Positions 8,563-17,518 of a stretch of DNA of 64,000 nt are shown here, in pieces. This DNA comes from an uncultured Clostridia bacterium (lineage in GTDB: Bacteria > Bacillota > Clostridia > Christensenellales > Borkfalkiaceae). Numbering within the stretch: position 1 is the stretch's first letter; each line of letters opens with the position of its first letter. The notes under the pieces are model-generated. The model did not search any database and had not been told where the DNA came from. It saw only the letters and a program-made list of their open reading frames with translations. The position numbers were made by a program, and so were the translations under genes. The stretch lies in the NCBI GenBank assembly GCA_904419075.1, contig CAJFQM010000003.1, positions 153,934 to 217,933 of the forward strand. The letters are read 5' to 3'.

Positions 8563-9882
8563 TCAAAAAGGCATTCTGAATTTGCCCTTGTTACCCTTTA
8601 ATTGCTTCATGAGCTGCTTCGTCTGGTCGAACTGCTTCAAAAGCTGGTTGATTTCCTGCACGCTCGTGCCCGACCCCGCCGCGATTCTCCGCTTCCTCTT
8701 GCTGTCGATGATCGACGGATTATCCCGCTCCGCCTGCGTCATCGACAATATCATCGCCTTCGTATGCTCTATCCGCTTCTCGTCGATGTCCTTTTCGTTC
8801 ACTTTCAGCTTATTCATTCCGGGCAGCATGCTCATCATCGCCTGCGCTCCGCCCATCTTTTTCAGCATCGCAAACTGTTCGAGATAATCGCTCAGCGTGA
8901 AGGAATTCTCCTTCATCTTCTGCTGCATCTTCTTCGCGTCCTCTTCCGTGATCGCCTGCTGCGCTTTCTCGATCAGCGAAAGCACGTCGCCCATGCCCAG
9001 AATTCGGGACGCCATGCGCTCGGGATAGAACGGCTCCAAATCCGACAGTTTCTCGCCCACGCCGATGAACTTGATCGGCTTGCCCGTCACCGCCTTGATC
9101 GAAAGGCACGCGCCGCCGCGCGTATCCCCGTCCAGCTTCGTCAGAATCACGCCCGTGACGTCCAGCCGCGCGTTGAACGTCTCTGCCACGTTGACAGCTT
9201 CCTGTCCCGTCATCGCGTCCACGACCAGCAGCGTCTCCGTCACGTCTACCTGCTTCTTGATATTTTCCAGCTCCTGCATCAGCGTTTCGTCGATCTGCAA
9301 CCGACCCGCCGTATCCAGAATCACCGTATCGTAACCGCCCGAACGCGCGTATTCGATCGCCTGTCCCGCCGTCTTTACGGGGTTCTGCGTTCCCTTCTCG
9401 AACACCTCTACCCCCGCGTTCCTGCCAACGACCTGCAACTGCGCGATCGCCGCGGGACGGTACACGTCCCCCGCCACCAAAAGCGGACGCTTCCCCTGCT
9501 TCTTCAAAAGCAGAGCCAGCTTGCCGCACAGCGTCGTCTTCCCCGCACCCTGCAAACCGCACATCATGATTACCGTCGGAAGTTTGGGCGAAACTTCGAT
9601 TTTCGCGTTCTTCGAACCCATCAGCGCGATGAGCTCGTCATTCACGATCTTGATGACCTGCTGCGCGGGATTGAGCGAGGACAGTATTTCCTGCCCCACC
9701 GCTTTCTCCGAAACCTCCGCGATAAACTGCTTGGCTACCTTCAAATTCACGTCCGCTTCCAAAAGCGCCACGCGCACTTCCCGCATCGCCGTGCGGATTT
9801 CCAGCTCCGTCAGCTTCCCCCGCTTGGTCAGTTTGGAAAATATATGGTTCAATCGCTCCGAGAGCGACGCAAACAATGCCAT
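8563..9882 (-). CDS. ffh: Signal recognition particle protein Ffh
   Basis: GLQGAGKTT and DTAGR GTPase motifs with a Met-rich M domain. The gene ends in TGA. Confidence 0.95.
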   Translation of the reverse strand: MALFASLSERLNHIFSKLTKRGKLTELEIRTAMREVRVALLEADVNLKVAKQFIAEVSEKAVGQEILSSLNPAQQVIKIVNDELIALMGSKNAKIEVSPKLPTVIMMCGLQGAGKTTLCGKLALLLKKQGKRPLLVAGDVYRPAAIAQLQVVGRNAGVEVFEKGTQNPVKTAGQAIEYARSGGYDTVILDTAGRLQIDETLMQELENIKKQVDVTETLLVVDAMTGQEAVNVAETFNARLDVTGVILTKLDGDTRGGACLSIKAVTGKPIKFIGVGEKLSDLEPFYPERMASRILGMGDVLSLIEKAQQAITEEDAKKMQQKMKENSFTLSDYLEQFAMLKKMGGAQAMMSMLPGMNKLKVNEKDIDEKRIEHTKAMILSMTQAERDNPSIIDSKRKRRIAAGSGTSVQEINQLLKQFDQTKQLMKQLKGNKGKFRMPF

Positions 9883-9883
9883 G

Positions 9884-10222
9884 CTATCCGTCCCTCCTTT
9901 CCAGAATTTCCGCCAGCTCCTCCGCCCGATCCGTAAGCTCGGGCCGCTCCGCTTTCAGCCGCTCCGCCCACGCCGAAACTCTCTTCGCCGTACACACGAA
10001 ACCCAGCTTTTTCTCGTACTCCTTCAAACGGCGGTCTACCTTGCCGAGACAATCCGAAACGCTCTGCCTGGAAACTCCGTTCTCCTCCGCGATCTCGCCC
10101 AGAGAAAGATCGTAATTATAATAAAGCTCCGCGATTTTCCTCTGACGTTCCGTCAACAGCGCTCCGTATGCGTCGAACAGACGCACCGTCTCCATATCCT
10201 TCCCCCCGAATTCTTCCGACAT
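9884..10222 (-). CDS. ylxM: YlxM-family HTH protein (UPF0122)
   Basis: LFDAYGALLTERQRKIAELYYNYDLSLGEIAE. The start is set at ATG 10220-10222 with GGAGG upstream; ATG 10195 is an alternative. Confidence 0.8.
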   Translation of the reverse strand: MSEEFGGKDMETVRLFDAYGALLTERQRKIAELYYNYDLSLGEIAEENGVSRQSVSDCLGKVDRRLKEYEKKLGFVCTAKRVSAWAERLKAERPELTDRAEELAEILERRDG

Positions 10223-10255
10223 CCTCCGTGCCTCCGTTCCTTCTGACGCCCTATC

Positions 10256-10284
10256 ATTATATCCGAAAAAAATTTGCCTGTCAA
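10256..10284 (-). promoter_or_regulatory. Consensus sigma-A promoter for ylxM-ffh
   Basis: Minus strand reads TTGACA-17 nt-TATAAT (plus tgtcaa 10279-10284, attata 10256-10261). Confidence 0.7.
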
Positions 10285-10303
10285 GCAATTTTACTTGACA
10301 GGC
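10276..10303 (-). terminator. rseP terminator whose 3' arm contains the ylxM -35 box
   Basis: GCCTGTCAAG-8 nt-CTTGACAGGC on the minus strand, followed by AAATTTTTTT. Confidence 0.7.
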
Positions 10304-10313
10304 ATAAAAAATT

Positions 10314-11768
10314 TTATACGAACAAATGCAGAATATCCACCAAAATGGCGAAACCGAACAGGAAAATGATTCCGATAAAGTGAATCATCGCCTCGACCTT
10401 GCGGTTGATGGGCTTCTTCCGAATCCACTCGATGATCGTGAACACGACCTTTGACCCGTCCAGCGCGGGAATCGGCAAGAGATTGAACACCGCGAGGTTC
10501 ACGCCGATAAAGCCCGAAATGTTCAAAAACGACCATATTCCGCCGAGCGCGGCTTCCGAAGTCGCTTTGATCGTCGTCACGGGCCCGCCCATGCTTTCCA
10601 GACCGATTTTGCCCGTCAGCAGTTCCCCGAGCGAACGCAACACCAGACCGCCGAGCTTGCCCGAATAGACGAACGAATCCCCCACCGCCCCGAAAAAGCT
10701 CTGTTTCACCGGCGTGCCCATGAGACCGTAAATTCCCAGCGCGTCGAGCACGACGTACACGTCCGACATGTTCTTGAAATTCGCGTCCTTGGCAAGAACG
10801 ACTTCGAGCGTCATCGGTTTGTCGTTTCTGACGACCTCTATTTCCGCCGTATCGCCCGCTTTCTTTCCGCGCAAAGCGTCCACGTAGTCGGTGAGCAGGA
10901 ACATGCTCTTTCCTTCCACCGAAACGATGACGTCGCCCGGCAAAAGCCGCGTCGTATCCGTCGGGTCGGAAACCGTCTGCGACGTTGCCTGTTCCGAGTC
11001 GTCGGGCTTCTGCATGACCGCATACTGCGGCTGCCCCACGCAGGTGAACATAATAATGATAATCACGAGCGCCAGAAGATAATTCATCGTCGCGCCCGCT
11101 ATCAGAACGATTATTCGTTTCCAAGGCGGCTGGTCGTTAAACTTTTTGCCCTCGGATACAGAGTGAGACGCGGGAACCGCGCTTTCGGGGCGAAGGGCAG
11201 ACGGGGAAGCCGCGGAAGAGGCTGCGGAAGCCGAAGGCGAATTTGCCGAAGGCGGGAAATCCGCGGATGTAGCACGCCCGTCCGATACGGGAGACGAACC
11301 CGCATCCAAAGAGCGGGAATCTTCCGTCGCGGAAGGGGCGGACGAAGAAGCCGCGGAAGCCGATTGACCGAGGGGCGCGGAAGCGTCCGCAAAGCGGCCG
11401 TCCGACGCGGGCAAAGGGGATTCGGAGCGCTCGGAGACGGATTTTGAGGACATGTCCTCAAAGGGTTCCGCGGGCGGAGGCGTGGGAGAGTCCGCGTCGT
11501 CCGTGTCGTCCTCCCCGTCGAAGGCGCAATAGCCGCCGAGAGGGATTACGCGCAGCGCGAACAGCTCGCCCGTCTTTTTACTGCGTTTTTTGAAAATCGC
11601 GGGCCCGAAGCCGACCGAAAATTCTTCGATTTTGAAATGCAGGAGTTTTCCCGCGATATAATGCCCGAATTCGTGTATCGTCACCATGACGAGCAAGATG
11701 ACGATTGCAAGCACTACGCCGCCGATACTCTTCATCGTCGACGAAAAACTCAACAACTGATTGAACAA
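10314..11768 (-). CDS. rseP: RIP zinc metalloprotease RseP (site-2 protease) with a ~120-aa low-complexity insertion
   Basis: Contains HEFGHYIAG, a PDZ domain and NLLPIPALDG. A Ser/Ala/Pro-rich insert is encoded at about 11145-11510. Confidence 0.85.
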   Translation of the reverse strand: MFNQLLSFSSTMKSIGGVVLAIVILLVMVTIHEFGHYIAGKLLHFKIEEFSVGFGPAIFKKRSKKTGELFALRVIPLGGYCAFDGEDDTDDADSPTPPPAEPFEDMSSKSVSERSESPLPASDGRFADASAPLGQSASAASSSAPSATEDSRSLDAGSSPVSDGRATSADFPPSANSPSASAASSAASPSALRPESAVPASHSVSEGKKFNDQPPWKRIIVLIAGATMNYLLALVIIIIMFTCVGQPQYAVMQKPDDSEQATSQTVSDPTDTTRLLPGDVIVSVEGKSMFLLTDYVDALRGKKAGDTAEIEVVRNDKPMTLEVVLAKDANFKNMSDVYVVLDALGIYGLMGTPVKQSFFGAVGDSFVYSGKLGGLVLRSLGELLTGKIGLESMGGPVTTIKATSEAALGGIWSFLNISGFIGVNLAVFNLLPIPALDGSKVVFTIIEWIRKKPINRKVEAMIHFIGIIFLFGFAILVDILHLFV

Positions 11769-11782
11769 ATGTATTCTCCTCT

Positions 11783-12943
11783 TTATTCCGTCTTTGCGGG
11801 AAGCCCCGCGATAAATTCCGCGGCGTATCTTCTCGCCGCCGCGTCCGTCTCCGCCAACGCTTCATACCCGTCTATGCGGGTACGGGATACCTTTTCGAGC
11901 GTCCTTTTTATAGTCTCCGCAATCAGGGGAAAAGATATCCGCTCTTTCAAAAACGCGCCTACCGCGATTTCGCCCGCCGCGTTCAGCGCGCAAGGGTAGT
12001 TGTCCCCGGCCTCCGCCGCCGAAAGCGCCAGGTCGTAACACGGAAACCGCTTTCGTTCCAGCGGCAGGAAACGAAGCGCGCCCAGCGACTCAAAATCCAA
12101 GGGCTTCAATCCGCAGTCCATGCGCTTCGGATATGTCAGCGCAAGCTGAATGGGCAGCTCCATGGAGGGATAACTCAGCTGCGCCAAAATTCCGCCGTCG
12201 TCGAACTCCACCATGGAATGTATGATGCTCTCGGGCTGGACGAGCGTATGAATTTTCTTCAATTCCGTGCCGTAAAGCCATTTCGCTTCAATCACCTCAA
12301 AGCCCTTATTGAGCAGCGTGGCGCTGTCGATCGTGATCTTTGCGCCCATGTTCCACGTCGGGTGTTTCAGCGCGTCGCGGAAAGTCACCTTCTTCAATTG
12401 TTCTTCCGTATAAGAATAAAAGGGGCCGCCGCTCGCCGTGATGATCAATCGGCGAAAGGGTGCGTCGAGCCTGAACCCCAGCGCCTGCCAAAGCGCCGAA
12501 TGCTCGCTGTCCACGGGCATGAGAGAGACGCCCGCGCGGGAGATTTCCCGCATGACGAGCTCCCCCCCGCAGACCAGCGTTTCCTTATTCGCCAGCGCGA
12601 TATTCTTTTTGAGCCGCGCCGCTTCCAGCGTATATTTAAACCCCGCGAAGCCCGTCGCCGCGATCACCGCCGTATCGCCGTACGTCAACGCTTCCATGCC
12701 CCCGTCTATTCCGCTCGAAAAACGAGTCCCCGCAGGAATTTTACCGCGGACGGAACGAGCCGCCTCTTCGTCTATCAACGCGGCAAACTCGGGGCGGAAT
12801 TCTTCCACCTGCCGCAAAAACAGTTCCGCGGAAGTATTGGCGACGAGAGAGACGATTCTGAATTCCTCCCTATGGCGCCTGACGACCGAACAGGTCTGTC
12901 TGCCGATGGAGCCCGTACTCCCGATCAGAGAAATGCTTTTCAA
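11783..12943 (-). CDS. dxr: 1-deoxy-D-xylulose-5-phosphate reductoisomerase
   Basis: MKSISLIGSTGSIG, NKETLV, DSEHSA motifs. Confidence 0.95.
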   Translation of the reverse strand: MKSISLIGSTGSIGRQTCSVVRRHREEFRIVSLVANTSAELFLRQVEEFRPEFAALIDEEAARSVRGKIPAGTRFSSGIDGGMEALTYGDTAVIAATGFAGFKYTLEAARLKKNIALANKETLVCGGELVMREISRAGVSLMPVDSEHSALWQALGFRLDAPFRRLIITASGGPFYSYTEEQLKKVTFRDALKHPTWNMGAKITIDSATLLNKGFEVIEAKWLYGTELKKIHTLVQPESIIHSMVEFDDGGILAQLSYPSMELPIQLALTYPKRMDCGLKPLDFESLGALRFLPLERKRFPCYDLALSAAEAGDNYPCALNAAGEIAVGAFLKERISFPLIAETIKRTLEKVSRTRIDGYEALAETDAAARRYAAEFIAGLPAKTE

Positions 12944-13017
12944 TGCCGCGCCTCCTTTATCGACAAAAAGTACCCGTCCCGAAAAAAGAGAGGTACTTTT
13001 GTGCGTCTTTCATGATT

Positions 13018-13905
13018 TTAAGCGATTACGTGTATGATTGTGAAACAAAGGTAAACGACCACCGTTGCAAACTGCGTCCCGTCTATTCGGTCGAGGATTC
13101 CGCCGTGGCCCGGCATGAGCTTGCCCATGTCCTTGATGTCCACTTTTCTCTTGATACAGCTTTCGACGAGATCGCCGAATTCTGTGGCCGCCGCCGTCAA
13201 AAGGCCGATTCCGAGATACACGGGAAGCCAAAGCGCCATATTTTCAAAACTCCCCGCGACCGCGTTATAGGAAAAATACAAAATCGCGGCGCCCACGAGT
13301 CCGCCGACCAGTCCGCCGATTCCGCCGATTACCGTCTTATTCGGGCTTACGGTCGGCGCCATCTTTTTGGGGAATTTGCCTTTGAGAAAACGGCCGAACA
13401 CGTACGCCAAAGAATCCGCAAACGGGGAGATGACGAACACGAACAAAATCGCGAGGTCGGAATTCAGTGCAAAGGACGAAAGAGATTCCGCCCCCTCTAT
13501 ATGATTCGCAAGCGTGAGAAGCGCCAGAAAAAGCGTGGGATACACGGCGGAAAGAAAGGATATGCCGATGCTTTCCAAAGAGGTCTCCTCATGGCGAGCC
13601 ACGAGAAGAGACAAAAGCGCGACCGCAAGCACGAAAAAGCAAGCCGCCGCGGCCAAAGCGCCCGAGGAAAAGAACTGCTCGAAAAGCGCGCAGGCAGGTA
13701 TGCAGAGAACGGCAAAAACAAACACGAGAACTCTCTCTGCTCCCGTGATCTTTTCCTTCATCGCACGGAGCATTTCAAAAGTCCCGATCAGCGCGAAAGC
13801 ATAAATCAAACCGTCGAAAAACAAATCGTGGACGAAAATTTTCAAAAGAAAAAACACGAGCAGCACCGCTATATAGCATGTGCCCGTAATCAAACGGATT
13901 TTCAT
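13018..13905 (-). CDS. cdsA: Phosphatidate cytidylyltransferase
   Basis: Multi-TM protein with the C-terminal signature SCIKRKVDIKDMGKLMPGHGGILDRID. Confidence 0.9.
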   Translation of the reverse strand: MKIRLITGTCYIAVLLVFFLLKIFVHDLFFDGLIYAFALIGTFEMLRAMKEKITGAERVLVFVFAVLCIPACALFEQFFSSGALAAAACFFVLAVALLSLLVARHEETSLESIGISFLSAVYPTLFLALLTLANHIEGAESLSSFALNSDLAILFVFVISPFADSLAYVFGRFLKGKFPKKMAPTVSPNKTVIGGIGGLVGGLVGAAILYFSYNAVAGSFENMALWLPVYLGIGLLTAAATEFGDLVESCIKRKVDIKDMGKLMPGHGGILDRIDGTQFATVVVYLCFTIIHVIA

Positions 13906-13909
13906 AAGT

Positions 13910-14635
13910 TTAACCCTTCTTTTTACACTGTTCGTCCGTCTTTCCGAATCGGCGGGTACGGCGGCCGTATTCCGCGATCGCTTCGTCTAAGTCTTTGTCC
14001 GAAAATTCGGGGAACATCTTATCCGAAAAATACAGCTCCGCATACGCCGACTGATACAGGAGATAATTGGACAGCCGCATTTCCTTGCCCGTGCGAATGA
14101 CGAGATCTGGGTCGGGCTGGTCGTGCGTATACAGGAGAGAGGAAAAACTTTCCTCCGTCACCCGTTTTCCCGCCTCCACCGCGAGGTTTACCGCGCGGAC
14201 AATCTCCGCGCGGGAGCCGTAACCAAGCGCAACGTTTACTCCCCTGCCCTCGTATTTCGACGATTCTTCCTCCGCTTCTTTCAAGAGTCTCTGCACGTCT
14301 TCGGGCAACAGTCCGACATTGCCCAAAATCCGCAGACGGACGCCCCGCGAACAAATTTTGCGCATACAGTCCAGAAAATTCTTGCGGATAAGATCGAACA
14401 GGCCGTCGAGCTCCTCCTTCGGACGCTTTAAGTTTTCCGTGGAAAGTGCGTACACCGTCACGTATTCGATTCCGAGGTCAAAAGCATGCTCCAAAAGCCC
14501 GACCATGCGGCTCATTCCCTGACGGTGCCCGTACGAACGGGGCATCAGCCGCTTCTTCGCCCAGCGGCCGTTTCCGTCCATGATGACGGCTATATGCCGC
14601 GGCAGCCCCTCCCCGTCTATTTTATTCTTCTTCAT
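13910..14635 (-). CDS. uppS: Isoprenyl transferase (undecaprenyl diphosphate synthase)
   Basis: HIAVIMDGNGRWA and the ELYF..FPEF motif. Confidence 0.95.
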   Translation of the reverse strand: MKKNKIDGEGLPRHIAVIMDGNGRWAKKRLMPRSYGHRQGMSRMVGLLEHAFDLGIEYVTVYALSTENLKRPKEELDGLFDLIRKNFLDCMRKICSRGVRLRILGNVGLLPEDVQRLLKEAEEESSKYEGRGVNVALGYGSRAEIVRAVNLAVEAGKRVTEESFSSLLYTHDQPDPDLVIRTGKEMRLSNYLLYQSAYAELYFSDKMFPEFSDKDLDEAIAEYGRRTRRFGKTDEQCKKKG

Positions 14636-14638
14636 GGC

Positions 14639-15211
14639 TCAAATAGACATCAATTCCTTTTCTTTTGCCGAAACGACTCCCTCTAATTTCGTCATCGCCG
14701 CCGAAACCGTCTTTTCGACCTCCCCTTCGCAGGCCGAAAAATCGTCCTCCGAAAGCTCCTTCGCGGTCTTCATCTTCTTCAAACCGTCCATCGCGTCGCG
14801 GCGGCTGTTTCGCACCGCAACCTTCGCGTCTTCCCCCATCTTCTTGATTTGCTTCACCAGCTCCTTTCTCCGCTCCTCCGTCATGACGGGGAATACAATT
14901 CGGATAACGTTCCCGTCGTTCGTCGGCGTGAGCCCTAAGTTCGACTGCAAAATCGCCTTCTCCACCGCTTTCAACAACGATTTATCCCACACGCTGATTT
15001 GCAGACATCTCGCGTCCAGCGCACTGATATTCCCAAGCTCTATCAGCTTACTCATGCCGCCGTAGGCCTCCACTTCCACTCTGTCCAGCACGTGAGGATT
15101 CGCACGCCCCGCGCGGATCGCCGTATATTCGCCCTCTAACACGGAAATCGTCTTTTCCGTCTTATCTTCGAGCTCCAACATCAATTCTTCCACTTTTTCG
15201 TTTTCAATCAT
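14639..15211 (-). CDS. frr: Ribosome recycling factor
   Basis: 190 aa. Contains RAGRANPHVLDRV and LTEERRKELVK. Confidence 0.95.
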   Translation of the reverse strand: MIENEKVEELMLELEDKTEKTISVLEGEYTAIRAGRANPHVLDRVEVEAYGGMSKLIELGNISALDARCLQISVWDKSLLKAVEKAILQSNLGLTPTNDGNVIRIVFPVMTEERRKELVKQIKKMGEDAKVAVRNSRRDAMDGLKKMKTAKELSEDDFSACEGEVEKTVSAAMTKLEGVVSAKEKELMSI

Positions 15212-15236
15212 AACTTTTTCTCCTTGTTTTTATGGT

Positions 15237-15944
15237 TTATACCGTGATCACCGTGCCCAGCTCCTCGCCGCACACCGCGCGGACAATCGATTTGTCTTCG
15301 TTCAGCCCGAATGCCAACGTCGGTACGTTATTCTCCATGCACATCGTCGCCGCCGTGAAATCGATAACCTTTAACCCGCGGTTGATAATGTCCGAATATC
15401 TCAGGTTTTCATACTTCTTCGCAAACGGATTCGTCTTGGGATCCGAATCGTAAATCCCGTCCACGTTCTTCGCCATCAACAGTATATCCGCCGATATTTC
15501 GCACGCCCGAAGCGCCGCCGCCGTGTCCGTAGAACAATACGGATTCCCCGTTCCGCAGGCGAAAATTACAATCCGACCTTCCTCGAAATGCCGAATCGCT
15601 TTCCGCAAGATAAACGGCTCCGCCAAAGAAACCATGTTCAGCGCCGTCTGCACCCGCACGGGAACTCCGCGCTGCTCTATCGCGTCCATCATCGCCAGCG
15701 AATTCATCACCGTCGCCAACATTCCCATGTGATCCGCCGTCGTCCTGTCCATCTTCGTTCCCTGTCGGCCGCGCCAGAAATTTCCGCCGCCGATCACGAG
15801 ACCGACTTCCACTCCCATGTTGTGGATCTCTACAATCTGGTCGACCACGCCCGCGATTACGTCCTGATTGAGTCCGAATCCCTTCTCGCCCGCAAGCGCT
15901 TCGCCCGACAGTTTCAAAAGTACTCTCTTATACTTGGGCTGCAT
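15237..15944 (-). CDS. pyrH: UMP kinase
   Basis: The start is MQPKYKRVLLKLSGEAL (ATG 15942-15944) with GGAGG upstream. Confidence 0.95.
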   Translation of the reverse strand: MQPKYKRVLLKLSGEALAGEKGFGLNQDVIAGVVDQIVEIHNMGVEVGLVIGGGNFWRGRQGTKMDRTTADHMGMLATVMNSLAMMDAIEQRGVPVRVQTALNMVSLAEPFILRKAIRHFEEGRIVIFACGTGNPYCSTDTAAALRACEISADILLMAKNVDGIYDSDPKTNPFAKKYENLRYSDIINRGLKVIDFTAATMCMENNVPTLAFGLNEDKSIVRAVCGEELGTVITV

Positions 15945-16008
15945 TTCTTTCCTCCGCTTTTCTATGTATGGCACGCAAATCAATGCTATGCCGCTCAATT
16001 TCGTTACT

Positions 16009-16017
16009 ATTATACCA
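16009..16017 (-). promoter_or_regulatory. Extended -10 promoter candidate for pyrH-frr
   Basis: Minus strand reads TGGTATAAT. The -35 is only weak (TAGATT). Confidence 0.4.
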
Positions 16018-16281
16018 TATTTCTCACAAGAAATCTATATAAATCGCGAAAAAAGTCCCTCCTTTTTTGAACATTTTTGTAGATTTTTCTTCCCTCTCAC
16101 AAATTACACGAAAATATAACCCGCGTGGGAACGGCGGCAAACAAAAATCGGAGGGGTTCGGGAAAAATCGGGACGGGACGGAAAACGGAACAGGTCGGGA
16201 GGAAATAAAAATTATTCCTAACTTTTCCAAAAAAATATTTTTTTGTTAAAAAATATGATAGGATATAAAAGGAGGTAAGCC

Positions 16282-16494
16282 ATGAAAAATAATTTTCAAG
16301 ACATTTTATATGAATTTTTGAAGAGTAACGAAATTTCCCAAACTGATTTTGCTCGTGCAATCAAAATCAAACCTAGTCAAGTATGTGAATGGTTAAGAGG
16401 AAAATCAAAACCAAGTTATGACATGTTGAAAAAAATATGTCTTACTTTGGATATCTCTGCCGATTACTTTTTAAGAATTACCGATACATTTTAA
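16282..16494 (+). CDS. XRE-family HTH transcriptional regulator (70 aa) in an AT-rich islet
   Basis: SD AAGGAGG. ISQTDFARAIKIKPSQVCEWLRGKSKPS is a Cro/C1-type HTH. Confidence 0.75.
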   Translation: MKNNFQDILYEFLKSNEISQTDFARAIKIKPSQVCEWLRGKSKPSYDMLKKICLTLDISADYFLRITDTF

Positions 16495-16578
16495 TAACTC
16501 TTTTCAATTTAATCAAACTTCTTAAATTATAAAAACTATCCAAAAGATTGAACAAATCTATCCGTTTTATTTTGTCTA

Positions 16579-16607
16579 TTGACTTTTTCCGCCTGCCGTG
16601 ATATAAT
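16579..16607 (+). promoter_or_regulatory. Consensus sigma-A promoter for the LRR lipoprotein gene
   Basis: TTGACT (16579-16584), 17 nt, TATAAT (16602-16607). Confidence 0.65.
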
Positions 16608-16639
16608 GATGTCAATGAATTAACGGGAAGGAAATTGGT

Positions 16640-17461
16640 ATGAAAAAATTTTGGGGAGTCTGTTTGACGGCCCTTTTTATCGGCTCTGTTCTGACCGGTG
16701 CCGTCGCCTGCGGCGACGATACCATGGAAAACGCACATAAAATCAGCGCAACGGGCAATGGAAATATCTGCGAGCATTGAGGGCAAGCTCTTTATGAAGG
16801 CGAAATCGAATACACTCTTTCCGAAAACGGAAAATATTATATCGCCGATATTGATTCCGCGGAAGGAGACGTCATCTTGCCCGGATATTATAAAGGGCTC
16901 GGAGACAAAGACTATCTGCCCGTTCTGGAAGCAACCGCCGATTCCAAATATTCGCTGGGAAATGTAGAGTTTTCCGCGGTGATTGAAAAAATAGATATTG
17001 CTCACGAACACGGAAACAGCTGTTCGCAAATTTTTGTATCTACGGAAAATCCTTACTATAAAACCATAGACGGAGTATTATTCAGCAAGGACGAGACGAA
17101 ACTCGTCTGTTATCCTGCCAAAAAGGAAGCTACTTCCTATACGGTACCCGATAGCGTAAAAGTCATCGGAGAACGCGCTTTTTCTATGTGCACTCGTTTA
17201 GACGAATTGATTTTACCCCAAAACAGTTCTTTGAAGGAAATACAGGAATGGGCGTTTTATGCCTGTGAAATTACTTCCCTCGTCATTCCCGCAAGTGTGG
17301 AAAAAATCGAGAACGATATATTTACAAACTGGGGATTGGGCGATTTTACCCCCACCGTTTATATTCCTTTTGAAAAAGATCAGCTCCCCGAAGGCTGGGA
17401 AGCCGATTGGCTGGATATGATATGCAATATCGAGTTTGTCTACGGCTATACGGGAAACTGA
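16640..17461 (+). pseudogene. BspA-like leucine-rich-repeat lipoprotein gene interrupted by one in-frame TGA (16778-16780)
   Basis: ATG 16640 follows GGGAAGGAAA. The signal peptide plus lipobox is MKKFWGVCLTALFIGSVLTGAVAC. TGA is codon 47. The same frame continues as GQALYEGEIEYTLSENGKYYIADID... into the LRR ORF listed in the track (16877-17461). Confidence 0.65.
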
Positions 17462-17475
17462 CAAATCATATAAAA

Positions 17476-17516
17476 ATCGGCCGTCCGAAAATTCGGACGG
17501 CCGATTTCTTTTTTTC
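17476..17516. terminator. Bidirectional terminator between the LRR gene and tsf
   Basis: atcggccgtccgaa-aa-ttcggacggccgat forms a 14-bp stem, with an A run before it and a T run after it. Confidence 0.8.
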
Positions 17517-17518
17517 GC

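Noticed and set aside
8602-9936. Long plus-strand ORFs lie antisense to well-conserved minus-strand genes. Examples are 8602-9936, 19517-20953, 41585-43465, 48872-49957, 54935-56107 and 56280-58058.
   Set aside because: Their translations are Arg/His/Leu-rich low-information sequence. Each fully overlaps a gene with clear family motifs (ffh, ABC, ppdK, pgpH). They are typical shadow ORFs in GC-rich DNA.
16778-16780. The in-frame TGA in the LRR lipoprotein gene could indicate an alternative genetic code (TGA as Trp or Gly) or selenocysteine.
   Set aside because: TGA terminates highly conserved genes in this window at their expected ends, for example ffh at 8563-8565 and thiT at 7081-7083. I could not recognise a SECIS-like hairpin immediately downstream, and the context (CEH-stop-GQA) is not redox-motif-like. 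Nonsense mutation, sequencing error or read-through remain the working options.
15999-17518. The AT-rich islets (this one and 26950-28125) might be a prophage, IS element or integrative element.
   Set aside because: No integrase, transposase, recombinase, terminal inverted repeats, tRNA attachment site or phage structural genes are visible. Only compositional deviation and orphan regulators are present, so I made no mobile_element call.
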